The notes beneath the pieces are model-generated. The model was given only the letters and a program-made list of their open reading frames with translations, ran no database searches and was not told the DNA's origin. This document shows, piece after piece, positions 15,392 to 26,222 of a stretch of DNA of 32,000 nt. Position 1 is the stretch's first letter; each line of letters opens with the position of its first letter. Position numbers and translations under genes: made by a program. The stretch spans positions 30,001 to 62,000 of the forward strand of contig OZ252279.1 of NCBI GenBank assembly GCA_965250005.1. Reading direction: 5' to 3'. The stretch comes from Demequinaceae bacterium (GTDB lineage Bacteria; Actinomycetota; Actinomycetes; Actinomycetales; Demequinaceae).

Positions 15392-15676
15392 ATGGCGCAG
15401 ATCGACGACGACATCCGTCGGACTGTGATGATCGTGGCGGCCCTCGACCTCAGTTACTTCGTCATCGAATTCGTGGTCGCGTGGCTTTCCCCGAGCGACG
15501 CTGTGTTCGCGAACGCCGCCGGTATTGCGACCACGGGGCTCGCGCTATGGTTCGCGAGCGGCTGGCCGGACATCGTCGTTGGCTTGGTCATCGGGATGCT
15601 CAACGCGGGTGCGGCTCGAGACGTGTGGCGGGCGGCGCGGGCCGAGCGGCTCGACGCCGAACAAGCGCAGGCATAA
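15392..15676 (+). CDS. Small hypothetical membrane protein (94 aa), distantly reminiscent of cation-efflux (CDF) TM segments
   Basis: I place the start at ATG 15392, because the track ORF start at 15314 lies inside tRNA-Pro. Third codon positions are G/C-rich. Hydrophobic helices are MIVAALDLSYFVIEFVVAWL, GIATTGLALWFA and IVVGLVIGML. The family resemblance is a weak inference. Confidence 0.55.
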   Translation: MAQIDDDIRRTVMIVAALDLSYFVIEFVVAWLSPSDAVFANAAGIATTGLALWFASGWPDIVVGLVIGMLNAGAARDVWRAARAERLDAEQAQA

Positions 15677-15769
15677 CGAGGCGATCACCCCGCTTGAGCG
15701 GGTAGACTCCTTGAGTCTCGCGCGCGTGTCGCGTGCGCCCCAGGACCACAATCAACATCAGGAGCAGCA

Positions 15770-17107
15770 GTGACTAGCGCCATCGAACAAATTGACGCCA
15801 CAACCGTCAAACTCACCGTCACCCTCACCGAAGAAGACATTGCGCCCATGCTCGCGCACGCCTACGAGCACATTGGGGAAGAGGTCACCATCCCGGGGTT
15901 CCGCAAGGGCAAGGTCCCCAAGGCGATCCTCGAGCAGCGCATCGGCAAGCCCGCGGCGCTCGAGCACGCCATCAACGACGGCCTGCCCCAGTGGTACGGT
16001 GCTGCGGTCGAGGAGCAGGAAATCCGCCCGTTCGGCCAGCCCGAAATCGACCTCGTCAAGATTCCCGGCGCTGTCGAGGGAGACGAGGGCCTAGAGTTCA
16101 CCGCCGTCGTCGAAACCCGTCCGCAGGTGGCGCTGCCCAAGATCAATGGCATCACGCTCACGGTCGAGCCCACCGAGGTTTCGGACGCCGACGTCGACGC
16201 GCGCATGGACACGCTCCGGGAGCGGTTCGGCACCCTCGTCACTGTTGACCGTCCCGCGGCCGACGGCGACTTCGTCACCATCGACCTGGGCGCCAAGATC
16301 GACGGCAAGGACGTCGACACGGTCCAGGGAACGTCGTACCAGGTGGGCTCCGGGAACATGCTCGAGGGCCTGGACGAAGCGCTCGTTGGCTTGAGCGCCG
16401 ACGAAGAGACGAGTTACGAAGGTCCGCTCGCTGCCGGCGACCACGCAGGCGAGACCGCGCAGATCCACCTCACGGTCACGGCCGTCAAGGACCGAGAGCT
16501 CCCCGAAGCGAACGATGATTTTGCTCAACTGGCCTCGGAATTCGACACGGTGAAGGAGCTACGCGAAGACCTGCGCGAGCAGGCTGGTCGCATCCAGGCC
16601 AACAACCAGGCCGTTGAGGCTCGCGGAAAACTGCTCGAGCACCTCGTAGAAGAGACCGACTTCGAGCTTCCTAAGAAGGTTGTCGAAGCTGAGGTTCATC
16701 AGCACCTCGAGGGCGAGAGCCGGCTCGAAGACGACGTTCACCGCGCTGAGGTCACCAAAGAGGCGCAGGAGGCTCTGCGCGCGCAGATCCTGCTCGACCA
16801 GCTAGCGGAGGATCTTGCGATCGAGGTCGAAGAGAACGAGCTGATGGACTACATGCTCAACGCCTCGCGCCAGTACGGCATGGACCCCAACACGTTCATT
16901 GAGCAGGTGCAGAAGGCAGGTCAGGTTCCGTCCATGGTCGCCGAGGTTGCTCGCTCCAAGGCCACCGCGTTCGCGCTGCGCCGTATCAAAGTTAAGGACA
17001 CGGCTGGCAAGGCCGTCGACCTGAGCGACGTGGTCGGCAAGGACGAGGACGGCGGCAAGAAGTCCGCGGACAAGAAGGCGCCAGCTAAGAAGGACGCTGC
17101 CAAGTAA
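15770..17107 (+). CDS. tig: Trigger factor
   Basis: The 445-aa ORF starts at GTG with AGGAGCAGCA upstream. It has the ribosome-binding signature GFRKGKVP and a Lys-rich C-terminal tail. Confidence 0.95.
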   Translation: MTSAIEQIDATTVKLTVTLTEEDIAPMLAHAYEHIGEEVTIPGFRKGKVPKAILEQRIGKPAALEHAINDGLPQWYGAAVEEQEIRPFGQPEIDLVKIPGAVEGDEGLEFTAVVETRPQVALPKINGITLTVEPTEVSDADVDARMDTLRERFGTLVTVDRPAADGDFVTIDLGAKIDGKDVDTVQGTSYQVGSGNMLEGLDEALVGLSADEETSYEGPLAAGDHAGETAQIHLTVTAVKDRELPEANDDFAQLASEFDTVKELREDLREQAGRIQANNQAVEARGKLLEHLVEETDFELPKKVVEAEVHQHLEGESRLEDDVHRAEVTKEAQEALRAQILLDQLAEDLAIEVEENELMDYMLNASRQYGMDPNTFIEQVQKAGQVPSMVAEVARSKATAFALRRIKVKDTAGKAVDLSDVVGKDEDGGKKSADKKAPAKKDAAK

Positions 17108-17145
17108 GACGCGTAACTCCAAGCCAACGCATAGCCAACGCGAAG

Positions 17146-17172
17146 GCCCGCCACTCCTAGAGGGAGGCGGGC
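17146..17172. terminator. Hairpin between convergent tig and DUF4190 genes
   Basis: GCCCGCC (17146-17152) pairs with GGCGGGC (17166-17172), with additional inner pairs. There is no clear U-tract. Confidence 0.45.
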
Positions 17173-17205
17173 TCTCGCGATATCGGTAGAGCGCTTCCGA
17201 CGTCT

Positions 17206-17604
17206 CTAGTCGAAGCTCGAGCTGGACCCGCAGAGACCGCTTCCGGGATTGCGGTCACACTCGGTGACCAACAAAACGACAAACACGATGTACCCGATGA
17301 TGGCGAGCACCCAGAGCGCCGTGACGATGTAACTGATGATGAGGCCCGCTAGGCCCATGCCGCGGTGCTCAGCCTCGCCACGGTCAGCGGCGCGAATCCC
17401 CAGGTGACCGAATACGATGCCGGCAATGTTGGAGCCCGGGATAATGAACGAGACGAACGGCGCTATGAGAGCGACGATGTTCATCCACGTTTTGGATGAG
17501 ACGCCCGGTGGCAGCACGGGCGGGGCGGAAGCGGGCGGCACGGCCTGTCCAGCGGCCGAGCCGCTACCGGCCGGTGGCCGAGCAAAAACTTCGGGTGTGC
17601 TCAT
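17206..17604 (-). CDS. DUF4190 domain membrane protein (paralog 1)
   Basis: The 132-aa ORF has a Pro/Ala-rich N-terminus. The core WMNIVALIAPFVSF...GIVFGHLGIRAADRGEAEHRGMGLAGLIISY is typical of DUF4190. The C-terminus is ECDRNPGSGLCGSSSSFD. Confidence 0.75.
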   Translation of the reverse strand: MSTPEVFARPPAGSGSAAGQAVPPASAPPVLPPGVSSKTWMNIVALIAPFVSFIIPGSNIAGIVFGHLGIRAADRGEAEHRGMGLAGLIISYIVTALWVLAIIGYIVFVVLLVTECDRNPGSGLCGSSSSFD

Positions 17605-17637
17605 GCGGTGCTCCTTTGTACTTCAGGGTGGTGCCGC

Positions 17638-17940
17638 TCAGCACCACGTGGCCGGGTTGTCGCCCCCGCACTCGCGGAAGATGAACACCATGAACCAAAC
17701 GTACGCCACGGTTCCCACGAGCCACAGGAAGGCGCCCGTGTAGCCGAGAATCAGGCCCCACAGCCCCACAAGACGGTAATCGGCTTCACCGCGAGCGGCT
17801 GCGCGTAATCCGAGGTGACCGAGAATGATGCCGCCGAGCGAGAGTCCTATAACCGACGCGACCAGCGCCACGATGTTCATCCAGCTGTGCGGGTAGGTCC
17901 CAGGCGCGGCCTGAGACTTCTTGGTAGTTGGCGTGTTCAT
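17638..17940 (-). CDS. DUF4190 domain membrane protein (paralog 2)
   Basis: I place the start at ATG 17940 (GGAAGGGG upstream); an alternative is ATG 17964. WMNIVALVASVIGL...GIILGHLGLRAAARGEADYRLVGLWGLILGY aligns with paralog 1. The C-terminus is ECGGDNPATWC. The upstream 243 codons of the track ORF are antisense to clpP1. Confidence 0.7.
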   Translation of the reverse strand: MNTPTTKKSQAAPGTYPHSWMNIVALVASVIGLSLGGIILGHLGLRAAARGEADYRLVGLWGLILGYTGAFLWLVGTVAYVWFMVFIFRECGGDNPATWC

Positions 17941-18093
17941 TGCTGCCCCTTCCGTTGAGCTCATTGCTCCCAGACTCTGATGGTAGCCCCGCCCGCAACG
18001 CGTTTCACCCCGTAGCGAAACAGGCCCCCAAACGGCATCGGCGACGGGTCCTGCCGCGTTACTGTCATCGCATACGGATACAGGAGGACACCC

Positions 18094-18720
18094 GTGGAAA
18101 ACCCCACTCTTGACGCTGGACCTGGCCTTGGCATGGGCCTGAGTGACTCGATTTTCAACCGCTTGCTGCGTGAGCGAATCATCTGGCTTGGCGCGGAGGT
18201 TCGCGACGACAATGCGAACGCCATCTGTGCCCAGATGATGCTCCTCGCGGCGGAAGACCCTGACGAGGACATCCGCCTCTACATCAACTCGCCCGGTGGC
18301 TCGATCACGGCTGGTATGGCGATCTACGACACCATGCAGTTCGTCAAGCCGGACGTCTCTACCGTTGCCATGGGTATGGCTGCGTCGATGGGACAGTTCC
18401 TGCTGAGCTCCGGGGCCAAGGGCAAGCGTTACGCCACCCCCCACGCGCGCGTGATGATGCACCAGCCCTCGGGTGGCATCGGCGGAACCACCACCGACGT
18501 GCGCATCCACGCGGAGCTCATCATGCACATGAAGACGCAGCTCGCCGGGCTGACCGCGGAGCAGACAGGCAAGACGCCGGCGCAAATCAACAAGGATGCC
18601 GACCGCGATCGCTGGTTCACCGCCGACGAGGCCCTCGAATACGGGTTCGTCGACCACGTGGTGAAGCACGCGAGTGAGACCACCAAGGCCACCAAGACCA
18701 CCAAGGGAGACAAGGCGTGA
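18094..18720 (+). CDS. clpP1: ATP-dependent Clp protease proteolytic subunit 1
   Basis: GTG start with AGGAGGA upstream. The catalytic triad contexts are GMAASMG (Ser), MMHQP (His) and DRDRWF (Asp). The sequence closely follows the mycobacterial ClpP1 pattern. It has a Lys/Thr-rich C-terminal tail. Confidence 0.95.
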   Translation: MENPTLDAGPGLGMGLSDSIFNRLLRERIIWLGAEVRDDNANAICAQMMLLAAEDPDEDIRLYINSPGGSITAGMAIYDTMQFVKPDVSTVAMGMAASMGQFLLSSGAKGKRYATPHARVMMHQPSGGIGGTTTDVRIHAELIMHMKTQLAGLTAEQTGKTPAQINKDADRDRWFTADEALEYGFVDHVVKHASETTKATKTTKGDKA

Positions 18721-19400
18721 GCAACGACTTCTCAGGACTCAACGCCGCGAGCATCGGGGGCACTGCGCCCGCGGGGCCCGGCGGGCGCTACATCCTGCCG
18801 TCGTTCGAGGAGCGCACGGCCTACGGCTTCAAGCGCCAGGACCCATACGCCAAGCTGTTCGAGGACCGCATCATTTTTCTCGGCGTCCAGATCGACGACG
18901 CTTCTGCGGACGACGTCATGGCGCAACTGCTAGTTCTGGAATCCCAGGACCCCGAGCGCGATATCACGCTGTACATCAACTCGCCCGGCGGATCGCAGAC
19001 CGCGCTGACCGCGATCTACGACACCATGCAGTACATCAAGCCGCAGATCCAGACGGTCTGCCTTGGACAGGCAGCCTCCGCGGCTGCCGTGCTGCTGGCC
19101 GCGGGATCGCCAGGCAAGCGCCTCGCGCTTCCCAACGCTAAAGTGATGATTCACCAGCCCAGCATCGAGGGTGGATCACGGGCGCAGGCGTCGGACATCG
19201 AGATCTACGCAGAAGAGATGATCCGCATGCGCGAGTGGCTCGAAGACACCATCGCATTCCACACCGGCCAGAAGGCCGCGAAGGTCCGCGAAGACATCGA
19301 GCGCGACACGTTCCTGAGCGCCGCTGAGGCCAAGGAGTACGGAATCGTCGACCAGGTGCTCGAGAGCCGCAAGGGCACGGGAGAGACCGCCACTCCGTAG
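18717..19400 (+). CDS. clpP2: ATP-dependent Clp protease proteolytic subunit 2
   Basis: The GTG start overlaps the clpP1 stop (GTGA). [16 protein letters not shown]...GQAASAA...MIHQP follows the ClpP2 pattern. Confidence 0.95.
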   Translation: MSNDFSGLNAASIGGTAPAGPGGRYILPSFEERTAYGFKRQDPYAKLFEDRIIFLGVQIDDASADDVMAQLLVLESQDPERDITLYINSPGGSQTALTAIYDTMQYIKPQIQTVCLGQAASAAAVLLAAGSPGKRLALPNAKVMIHQPSIEGGSRAQASDIEIYAEEMIRMREWLEDTIAFHTGQKAAKVREDIERDTFLSAAEAKEYGIVDQVLESRKGTGETATP

Positions 19401-19570
19401 GCCGATCGCGGCGCGCGGCGCGGCTCGCGCGGCGGTTGCGTGCCGGTAACGGTTCGGCGCGTCGGGGTGTGCGTTCTTGCGTCGCTAGGTAGCCTGAAAG
19501 ACAGCGCGCGGGCACTGCGCCCGTACGCACGCCGGGCCGCGCGCCTCGTGTAGCCCAGAAGGAGCGTGAC

Positions 19571-21052
<1,482 letters not shown>

Positions 21053-21060
21053 CGTCGGCC

Positions 21061-22488
21061 CTAGGACTTAACGGGTGCTCGCCTCGTTCGTGTGCGCGGC
21101 ACTGTCAGCACCAGCGTAAGAGCGCCAGCGGTCGCCAACAAACTCACTACCGGCAACCACGCGGCACCGTGCCCGGCGAGAATCCAGGACCCTGTCAACG
21201 AGCCAATTGCGATACCGCCGTTGAACGTTCCCGCATAGAGGGCCACCCCGATGTCGCTTGACCACGGAGAATGCCGCATCGCCCACGTCACCATGGCCGC
21301 GACGAACACCGAAAAGGCGAGGCCTTGCACCACGAGTCCACCGACCACCGCGATCTTCGAATCTCCCAGGAGGGACAGGCCGCCCCAGAATGCGGCGAGT
21401 CCGGCAAGTGCGCCTGCGACGAATCTCACGACGGCGCGATCGACAAACTGCCCCGCTACCCACATCCCAACGATTCCGACGAACCCCGAGAAAAGCAGGA
21501 GTGCTGGGACGTCGTCAGACGTGAATCCCGCGACGTCCTCGACGAAGGGTCTCAGGTACGTCCAGGTGACGCCCATCGCGCCGGTGGTGAGCACGGCCGC
21601 GAGAAGGATGCGCGCGAACCGCCGACCGGATGGAATCTCCCCGCGTGGAACTGAGCCCTCTTCGGTTTTGTAGTTGGGCATAAGAAAGAAGATGGCGACC
21701 GCCACGACAATGGCCGCGACCCCAATCACCAGAAAGGGCGTCTGCCATGTGGTGCGCTGGGCGAGCCATGTCGCGGCAGGAAGCCCGACCAAGCCCGCGG
21801 CCGATGCGCCGAGCAGCAGCCGCGACACGGACTTGCCGCGCATGGCTGCCGGAAACATGCCGGCGGCCGCGGGGGTGACTGCGGCCCAGAACAGCGCGTG
21901 CGCCATCGCGGTGAGGACGCGCCCGGCGACTAGTTGTTCGTAACTGTGGGCCGTGCCTTCGATGGTGACGCCGACGGCGAGTGCCAAGGCGACGCCCACG
22001 AGCACCTGCCTGCGCGGCAGGCGCGTGGTCGCCAGCGCGAGCGGGACGGAGGACAGTGCGACGACGGCCGCGAACACGGTCGTAATCAGGCCGATCTGTG
22101 ATTCGCTACGCCCGAGGCCTTCCGCCATGACGCTGATGAGCCCGATCGGACCCATTTCGTTGGTGACAAAAAGAAAGGCTGCTGTTGCGAGCACGGTGAG
22201 CGCCGCCCACGCGCGCTTGGTGGAAATGCCTGCGGGCGGCTGGTGAGAGACGACGTTCAGGTCAGTTGCCCACGGCTCGAACGGAGCGGCGACCGGGTAG
22301 TGCGCGTCCAAGTGAACCTCTGTTTCAGGGGGGTGGCGGATCGCGACGGCAGCGTCGAAACGATTCGGTTCCATTGTGGCACGCTGCAGCCAGCGCACCA
22401 CCAGACCGTGGGACGAGTCTTCTCGCAGACCATCGCTCACCATCCCGCCCCGTTCTTCGAGGGCGAACACGGCGCGCGAGTTCGACAT
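21061..22488 (-). CDS. MFS transporter (DHA1/sugar-efflux-like) with ~88-aa N-terminal extension
   Basis: The 475-aa ORF has a 12-TM-type hydrophobic core beginning near KRAWAALTVLATAAFLF. No in-frame ATG lies between M39 and the first TM helix, so the start is uncertain. Confidence 0.85.
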   Translation of the reverse strand: MSNSRAVFALEERGGMVSDGLREDSSHGLVVRWLQRATMEPNRFDAAVAIRHPPETEVHLDAHYPVAAPFEPWATDLNVVSHQPPAGISTKRAWAALTVLATAAFLFVTNEMGPIGLISVMAEGLGRSESQIGLITTVFAAVVALSSVPLALATTRLPRRQVLVGVALALAVGVTIEGTAHSYEQLVAGRVLTAMAHALFWAAVTPAAAGMFPAAMRGKSVSRLLLGASAAGLVGLPAATWLAQRTTWQTPFLVIGVAAIVVAVAIFFLMPNYKTEEGSVPRGEIPSGRRFARILLAAVLTTGAMGVTWTYLRPFVEDVAGFTSDDVPALLLFSGFVGIVGMWVAGQFVDRAVVRFVAGALAGLAAFWGGLSLLGDSKIAVVGGLVVQGLAFSVFVAAMVTWAMRHSPWSSDIGVALYAGTFNGGIAIGSLTGSWILAGHGAAWLPVVSLLATAGALTLVLTVPRTRTRRAPVKS

Positions 22489-22611
22489 CTGTTCATCACG
22501 ATCCCCGTCGACGTGGCCAGCGCAAACCTGATCCCGTGGAGGCGAGACGATATCGACATCATCTTCGAGCGTGAACTTCCCGACCGCTGGTTACTCCCGC
22601 GTGTCGCGCCG

Positions 22612-23340
22612 CTACGGACAGGCGATGTAGTCACACTCGGGGAACCATCCGGGATGGTCGGTCCGCAGCTCACCCAGAACTGCCACGGGCGCGATCGAGA
22701 GGGCAAACATGATCGCCCACGCTGTCATTGCGCGCCACACCGTGCGCCACGTTCGAGTGCCGCGGTCGGCGGGACGGGTCGATAGCACCACCGGGCCGAA
22801 AATCACGCTATAGACCACCATCGTGGGCAAGACCAAGATGAGCCCAGCGATCGGGTTTGTGACTAAGTGAAAGCCGATGTTTTCCGCGAAGAGGCCAAAG
22901 CCGCCTGCGATGAGCCAGGCGTCGAGGGTTCCGAACGCAAACATGCGGCGGGCGATCGCGAGCCCCCAGATCAGGCCAGTGAACGCGAAAACGTTGAACA
23001 GCACGAACTCGCTCACGCGCTCGCTCCACGATTCGAGGGTGAATCCCTCTTGCACGGCAAAGATCGTCCCGACAATCGTCTCCTCCGCGGCGACTGCCGC
23101 ATACCCGACGATCGCGAACCGCACCATGTTCGGGCCGGGGATCCGCTGCAGCGCGGCGCTAACTTTCGCTTGGTGACGTTGAAGTAGTGGTGCAGCCACG
23201 AGGATTAGGAGCACGTAGTAGATCGGGGTGAGCGAACCCGCTATGAGTCCGAACACGACGATGAGGAGCGCGATGCTCACCCAGAGGGGCCAGCGCGTCC
23301 ACCGCGGGCCGCTTACCAAAAATGGAAGCGCGTCGGTCAC
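22612..23340 (-). CDS. Hypothetical polytopic membrane protein
   Basis: The 242-aa ORF starts at GTG 7 nt downstream of the valS stop. It has about 7 hydrophobic helices and ends in ...WFPECDYIACP. I recognise no family. Confidence 0.65.
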   Translation of the reverse strand: MTDALPFLVSGPRWTRWPLWVSIALLIVVFGLIAGSLTPIYYVLLILVAAPLLQRHQAKVSAALQRIPGPNMVRFAIVGYAAVAAEETIVGTIFAVQEGFTLESWSERVSEFVLFNVFAFTGLIWGLAIARRMFAFGTLDAWLIAGGFGLFAENIGFHLVTNPIAGLILVLPTMVVYSVIFGPVVLSTRPADRGTRTWRTVWRAMTAWAIMFALSIAPVAVLGELRTDHPGWFPECDYIACP

Positions 23341-23347
23341 GGATGTC

Positions 23348-26083
23348 TTACGCGTCCCCTGGGACTAGTTCCGCGCCGCGTGTGGTCACCACGGTGGCTT
23401 CGCCATCCGCGATGTCCGCAACGGGGACAATGCTCAGATCGCGCGCGCGAGCGGCGACGGTGAGATCGGTGAGTGTGGCGGTGACGGCGGCGACGCGCGA
23501 CTCGGGGACCAGCAGGTCAACAGTTGCAATCTCCGCGCGCTGCTTCACCTTGGCCTCCGACTTCACCTTGCGCAGGGCGCTGAACGCCTGGCCTGCGCTG
23601 GCGAGCAGCTCGCGACCTGCGCCCGCGGGTACGTTGGAGGACTCGCCTTTTGCGGCCAGCGCGGCGAGCGGGGCTGACTCGGGCCACCTAGTCCGGTGGA
23701 TCGACCCCTCGTTGAACCAGGACCAGACCTCTTCCGTTGCGAACGGCAGAACGGGTGCGAACAGGCGCAGGAACGTGTCGAGCGCGACGGTCAGTGCGGC
23801 GCGCGCCGAAGCCGCGGTGGGCGAACAGGGGGCGAACGCGTCGACGGCTTGGCCGGGAGCGACCCCGTCGTACGCGCGCGTCTTGACCAGCTCGAGGTAA
23901 TCGTCGCAGAACTGCCAGAAGTACGTCTCTGCCGTCTCGAGCGCCTTCGTGTGGTCGTAGCCCTCTAGAGATGCAGTCGCCGCATCCACCACCTGGGCGA
24001 GCGCGTCGAGCATCGCGAGATCGAGCGGCTCGGTGATGGCCGAGGACTTTACGTGCGCGGCTGCTTTCATGCCGGCATCGAGCGACTCGTTGGCGGCAGC
24101 CTCCACGCCAGTGGCGCCCAGCACGAACTTGCTCGCGTTGAGCACCTTCATCGCGAGGCGTCGGCCAATCTTCATCATGCCGGTGTCGAACGCCGCGTCC
24201 GTGCCGAGCCGGGCGGACAGCGCCCAGTAGCGGACGGCGTCAGAGCCGTGCTCCTCCAACAGGCCCATGGGCGTGACAACGTTGCCCTTGGACTTGGACA
24301 TCTTCTTACGGTCGGGATCGAGGATCCAGCCGGAAATCGCGGCGTGCGCCCACGGGAGTTTGCCGTCTTCCTGGTGCGCGCGCAGCACCGAGCTGAACAG
24401 CCACGTGCGGATGATGTCTTGTCCCTGCGGGCGCAAGTCCATGGGGTACGTGCGCGCATGGAGGTCAGGGTCGTCACGCCAGCCGGTGGCGATATGCGGG
24501 GACATCGACGACGTGGCCCACGTGTCCATGATGTCTTTCTCGCCGTGGAAGCCGCCCGGCACGTCGCGCTGCGACTCGTCGAAGCCGGGAGGGGACTGCG
24601 AGGCGGGGTCTACGGGCAGCGCGTCCTCAGCCGGGACGATGGGGTTGTCGAAGTCCGGGTTGCCGTCGGCGCCCATGGGATACCAGACGGGGATGGGAAC
24701 GCCGAAGAACCGCTGGCGCGAGATGAGCCAGTCGCCGTTCAAGCCCTTGACCCAATTCTCGTAGCGGACGCGCATGAAGTCGGGCTCGAATCCCAGCTTG
24801 GTGCCGCGCGCCACCAACGCGTCGCGCAGGTCCTCGTCCTTGCCGCCATTCTTGATGTACCACTGGCGGGTGGTGACAATCTCGAGGGGCTTGTCGCCCT
24901 TCTCGAAGAACTTGACCGGGTGCTCGATTTTCTTGATTTCGGCGTCTATCGCGCCGTGCTCTTGAAGCAGCTCTACGATCCGCTTCTGCGCGCTGAACAC
25001 GGTCTTGCCGGCGAGCTCAGAGTACGCGGCTACGCCACCGTCGCTCTCGATTCCCTGCGGTGCCTCGGTGAGGATGCGCCCGTCCCAACCCAGGATGGGC
25101 CGCGTACCGAGCGACAGCTCGCGCCACCAGGTCACGTCTGTAGTGTCGCCGAACGTGCAGATCATGGCAATGCCGGAGCCCTTGTCGGGAGATGCGAGGT
25201 GGTGCGCGACCACGGGCACCTCAACATCGAACAGCGGGGTGCTCACGGTGGTGCCGAACAGCGGCTTGTAGCGCTCGTCATCCGGGTGGGCCACGAGGGC
25301 CACGCACGCGGGAAGCAACTCGGGGCGGGTGGTTTCGATGTGCACGTTGCCCGAACCATCGGCCTTGGCGAATGCCATGCGGTGATAAGCGCCGGGCATG
25401 TCCCGGTCCTCAAGCTCCGCCTGCGCGACGGCCGTGCGGAATGTGACGTCCCAGAGAGTGGGCGCCTCGGACTGATACGCCTCCCCGCGCGCCAGGTTGC
25501 GCACGAACGCCTGCTGGGCCACGGCTTGCGCAGACGGCGAGATGGTCTGGTACGTGCGTGACCAGTCCACCGACAGTCCCAAGTGACGCCAGAGCGCCTC
25601 AAATTGCTTCTCGTCCTCGTCCGTCAGGCGTTCGCACAGTTCAACAAAGTTGCGGCGCGAGATGGGCTGCTGGTCCGCGGCCTTGATCGATTTACTGGCG
25701 CCGGTGCCGTCTGCGGTGGCCCCGTGCGGCGGCTCGAAGCCGTCTTCATAGGGGAGGGTCGGGTCGCAGCGGACGCCGTAATAGTTCTGGACGCGGCGCT
25801 CGGTTGGCAGGCCGTTGTCGTCCCAGCCCATGGGGTAGAACACCTCGAGGCCGCGCATGCGCTTGAAGCGCGCGATCACGTCCGTATGTGTGTAGCTGAA
25901 CACGTGGCCCACGTGCAGCGAGCCGGATACCGTGGGCGGTGGCGTGTCGATCGAGTAGATCTGCTCGCGTGCCTTGGTCGCGTCGAAGCGGTACGTGCCG
26001 TCGGTCTCCCACGCGGAGTCCCACCGATCCTCGAGGCCGTCGACGGTTGCCTTGTCTGGGATGCGCTGAGTCATGAGCGCCAT
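23348..26083 (-). CDS. valS: Valine--tRNA ligase
   Basis: Class I motifs are HVGH (SGSLHVGHVFSY) and KMSKS (KKMSKSKGN), and the size is ValS-like. The start is ambiguous among ATG 26083, 26074 and the track start at 26125. Confidence 0.95.
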   Translation of the reverse strand: MALMTQRIPDKATVDGLEDRWDSAWETDGTYRFDATKAREQIYSIDTPPPTVSGSLHVGHVFSYTHTDVIARFKRMRGLEVFYPMGWDDNGLPTERRVQNYYGVRCDPTLPYEDGFEPPHGATADGTGASKSIKAADQQPISRRNFVELCERLTDEDEKQFEALWRHLGLSVDWSRTYQTISPSAQAVAQQAFVRNLARGEAYQSEAPTLWDVTFRTAVAQAELEDRDMPGAYHRMAFAKADGSGNVHIETTRPELLPACVALVAHPDDERYKPLFGTTVSTPLFDVEVPVVAHHLASPDKGSGIAMICTFGDTTDVTWWRELSLGTRPILGWDGRILTEAPQGIESDGGVAAYSELAGKTVFSAQKRIVELLQEHGAIDAEIKKIEHPVKFFEKGDKPLEIVTTRQWYIKNGGKDEDLRDALVARGTKLGFEPDFMRVRYENWVKGLNGDWLISRQRFFGVPIPVWYPMGADGNPDFDNPIVPAEDALPVDPASQSPPGFDESQRDVPGGFHGEKDIMDTWATSSMSPHIATGWRDDPDLHARTYPMDLRPQGQDIIRTWLFSSVLRAHQEDGKLPWAHAAISGWILDPDRKKMSKSKGNVVTPMGLLEEHGSDAVRYWALSARLGTDAAFDTGMMKIGRRLAMKVLNASKFVLGATGVEAAANESLDAGMKAAAHVKSSAITEPLDLAMLDALAQVVDAATASLEGYDHTKALETAETYFWQFCDDYLELVKTRAYDGVAPGQAVDAFAPCSPTAASARAALTVALDTFLRLFAPVLPFATEEVWSWFNEGSIHRTRWPESAPLAALAAKGESSNVPAGAGRELLASAGQAFSALRKVKSEAKVKQRAEIATVDLLVPESRVAAVTATLTDLTVAARARDLSIVPVADIADGEATVVTTRGAELVPGDA

Positions 26084-26222
26084 TCTCGCAGACTGCGGCC
26101 GATCCTCTCGCACGCAAGGGATCACCGGCCGGCGTGGGATTTCGCGGTCGGCAAGTCGGCAACGCAGAGTCTCGCTGCGGAGCCCCGCCGCCCCGCCCCG
26201 CGGCAGCGCGTAGCCTCAGAGC

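Noticed and set aside
17941-18093. ClgR-type operator (CGC-N5-GCG) upstream of clpP1
   Set aside because: No match to the spacing I remember was found in the clpP1 upstream region. Only an unrelated GTTTC/GAAAC dyad is present.
17965-18669. Upstream part of the 343-aa ORF 17638..18669 (-)
   Set aside because: It is antisense to clpP1. Only the C-terminal ~100 codons (the DUF4190 paralog) are credible.
22243-22785. 180-aa plus-strand ORF spanning the gap between the MFS and membrane-protein genes
   Set aside because: It overlaps two minus-strand genes. It has no motifs and no RBS, and its composition is Arg/His-rich.
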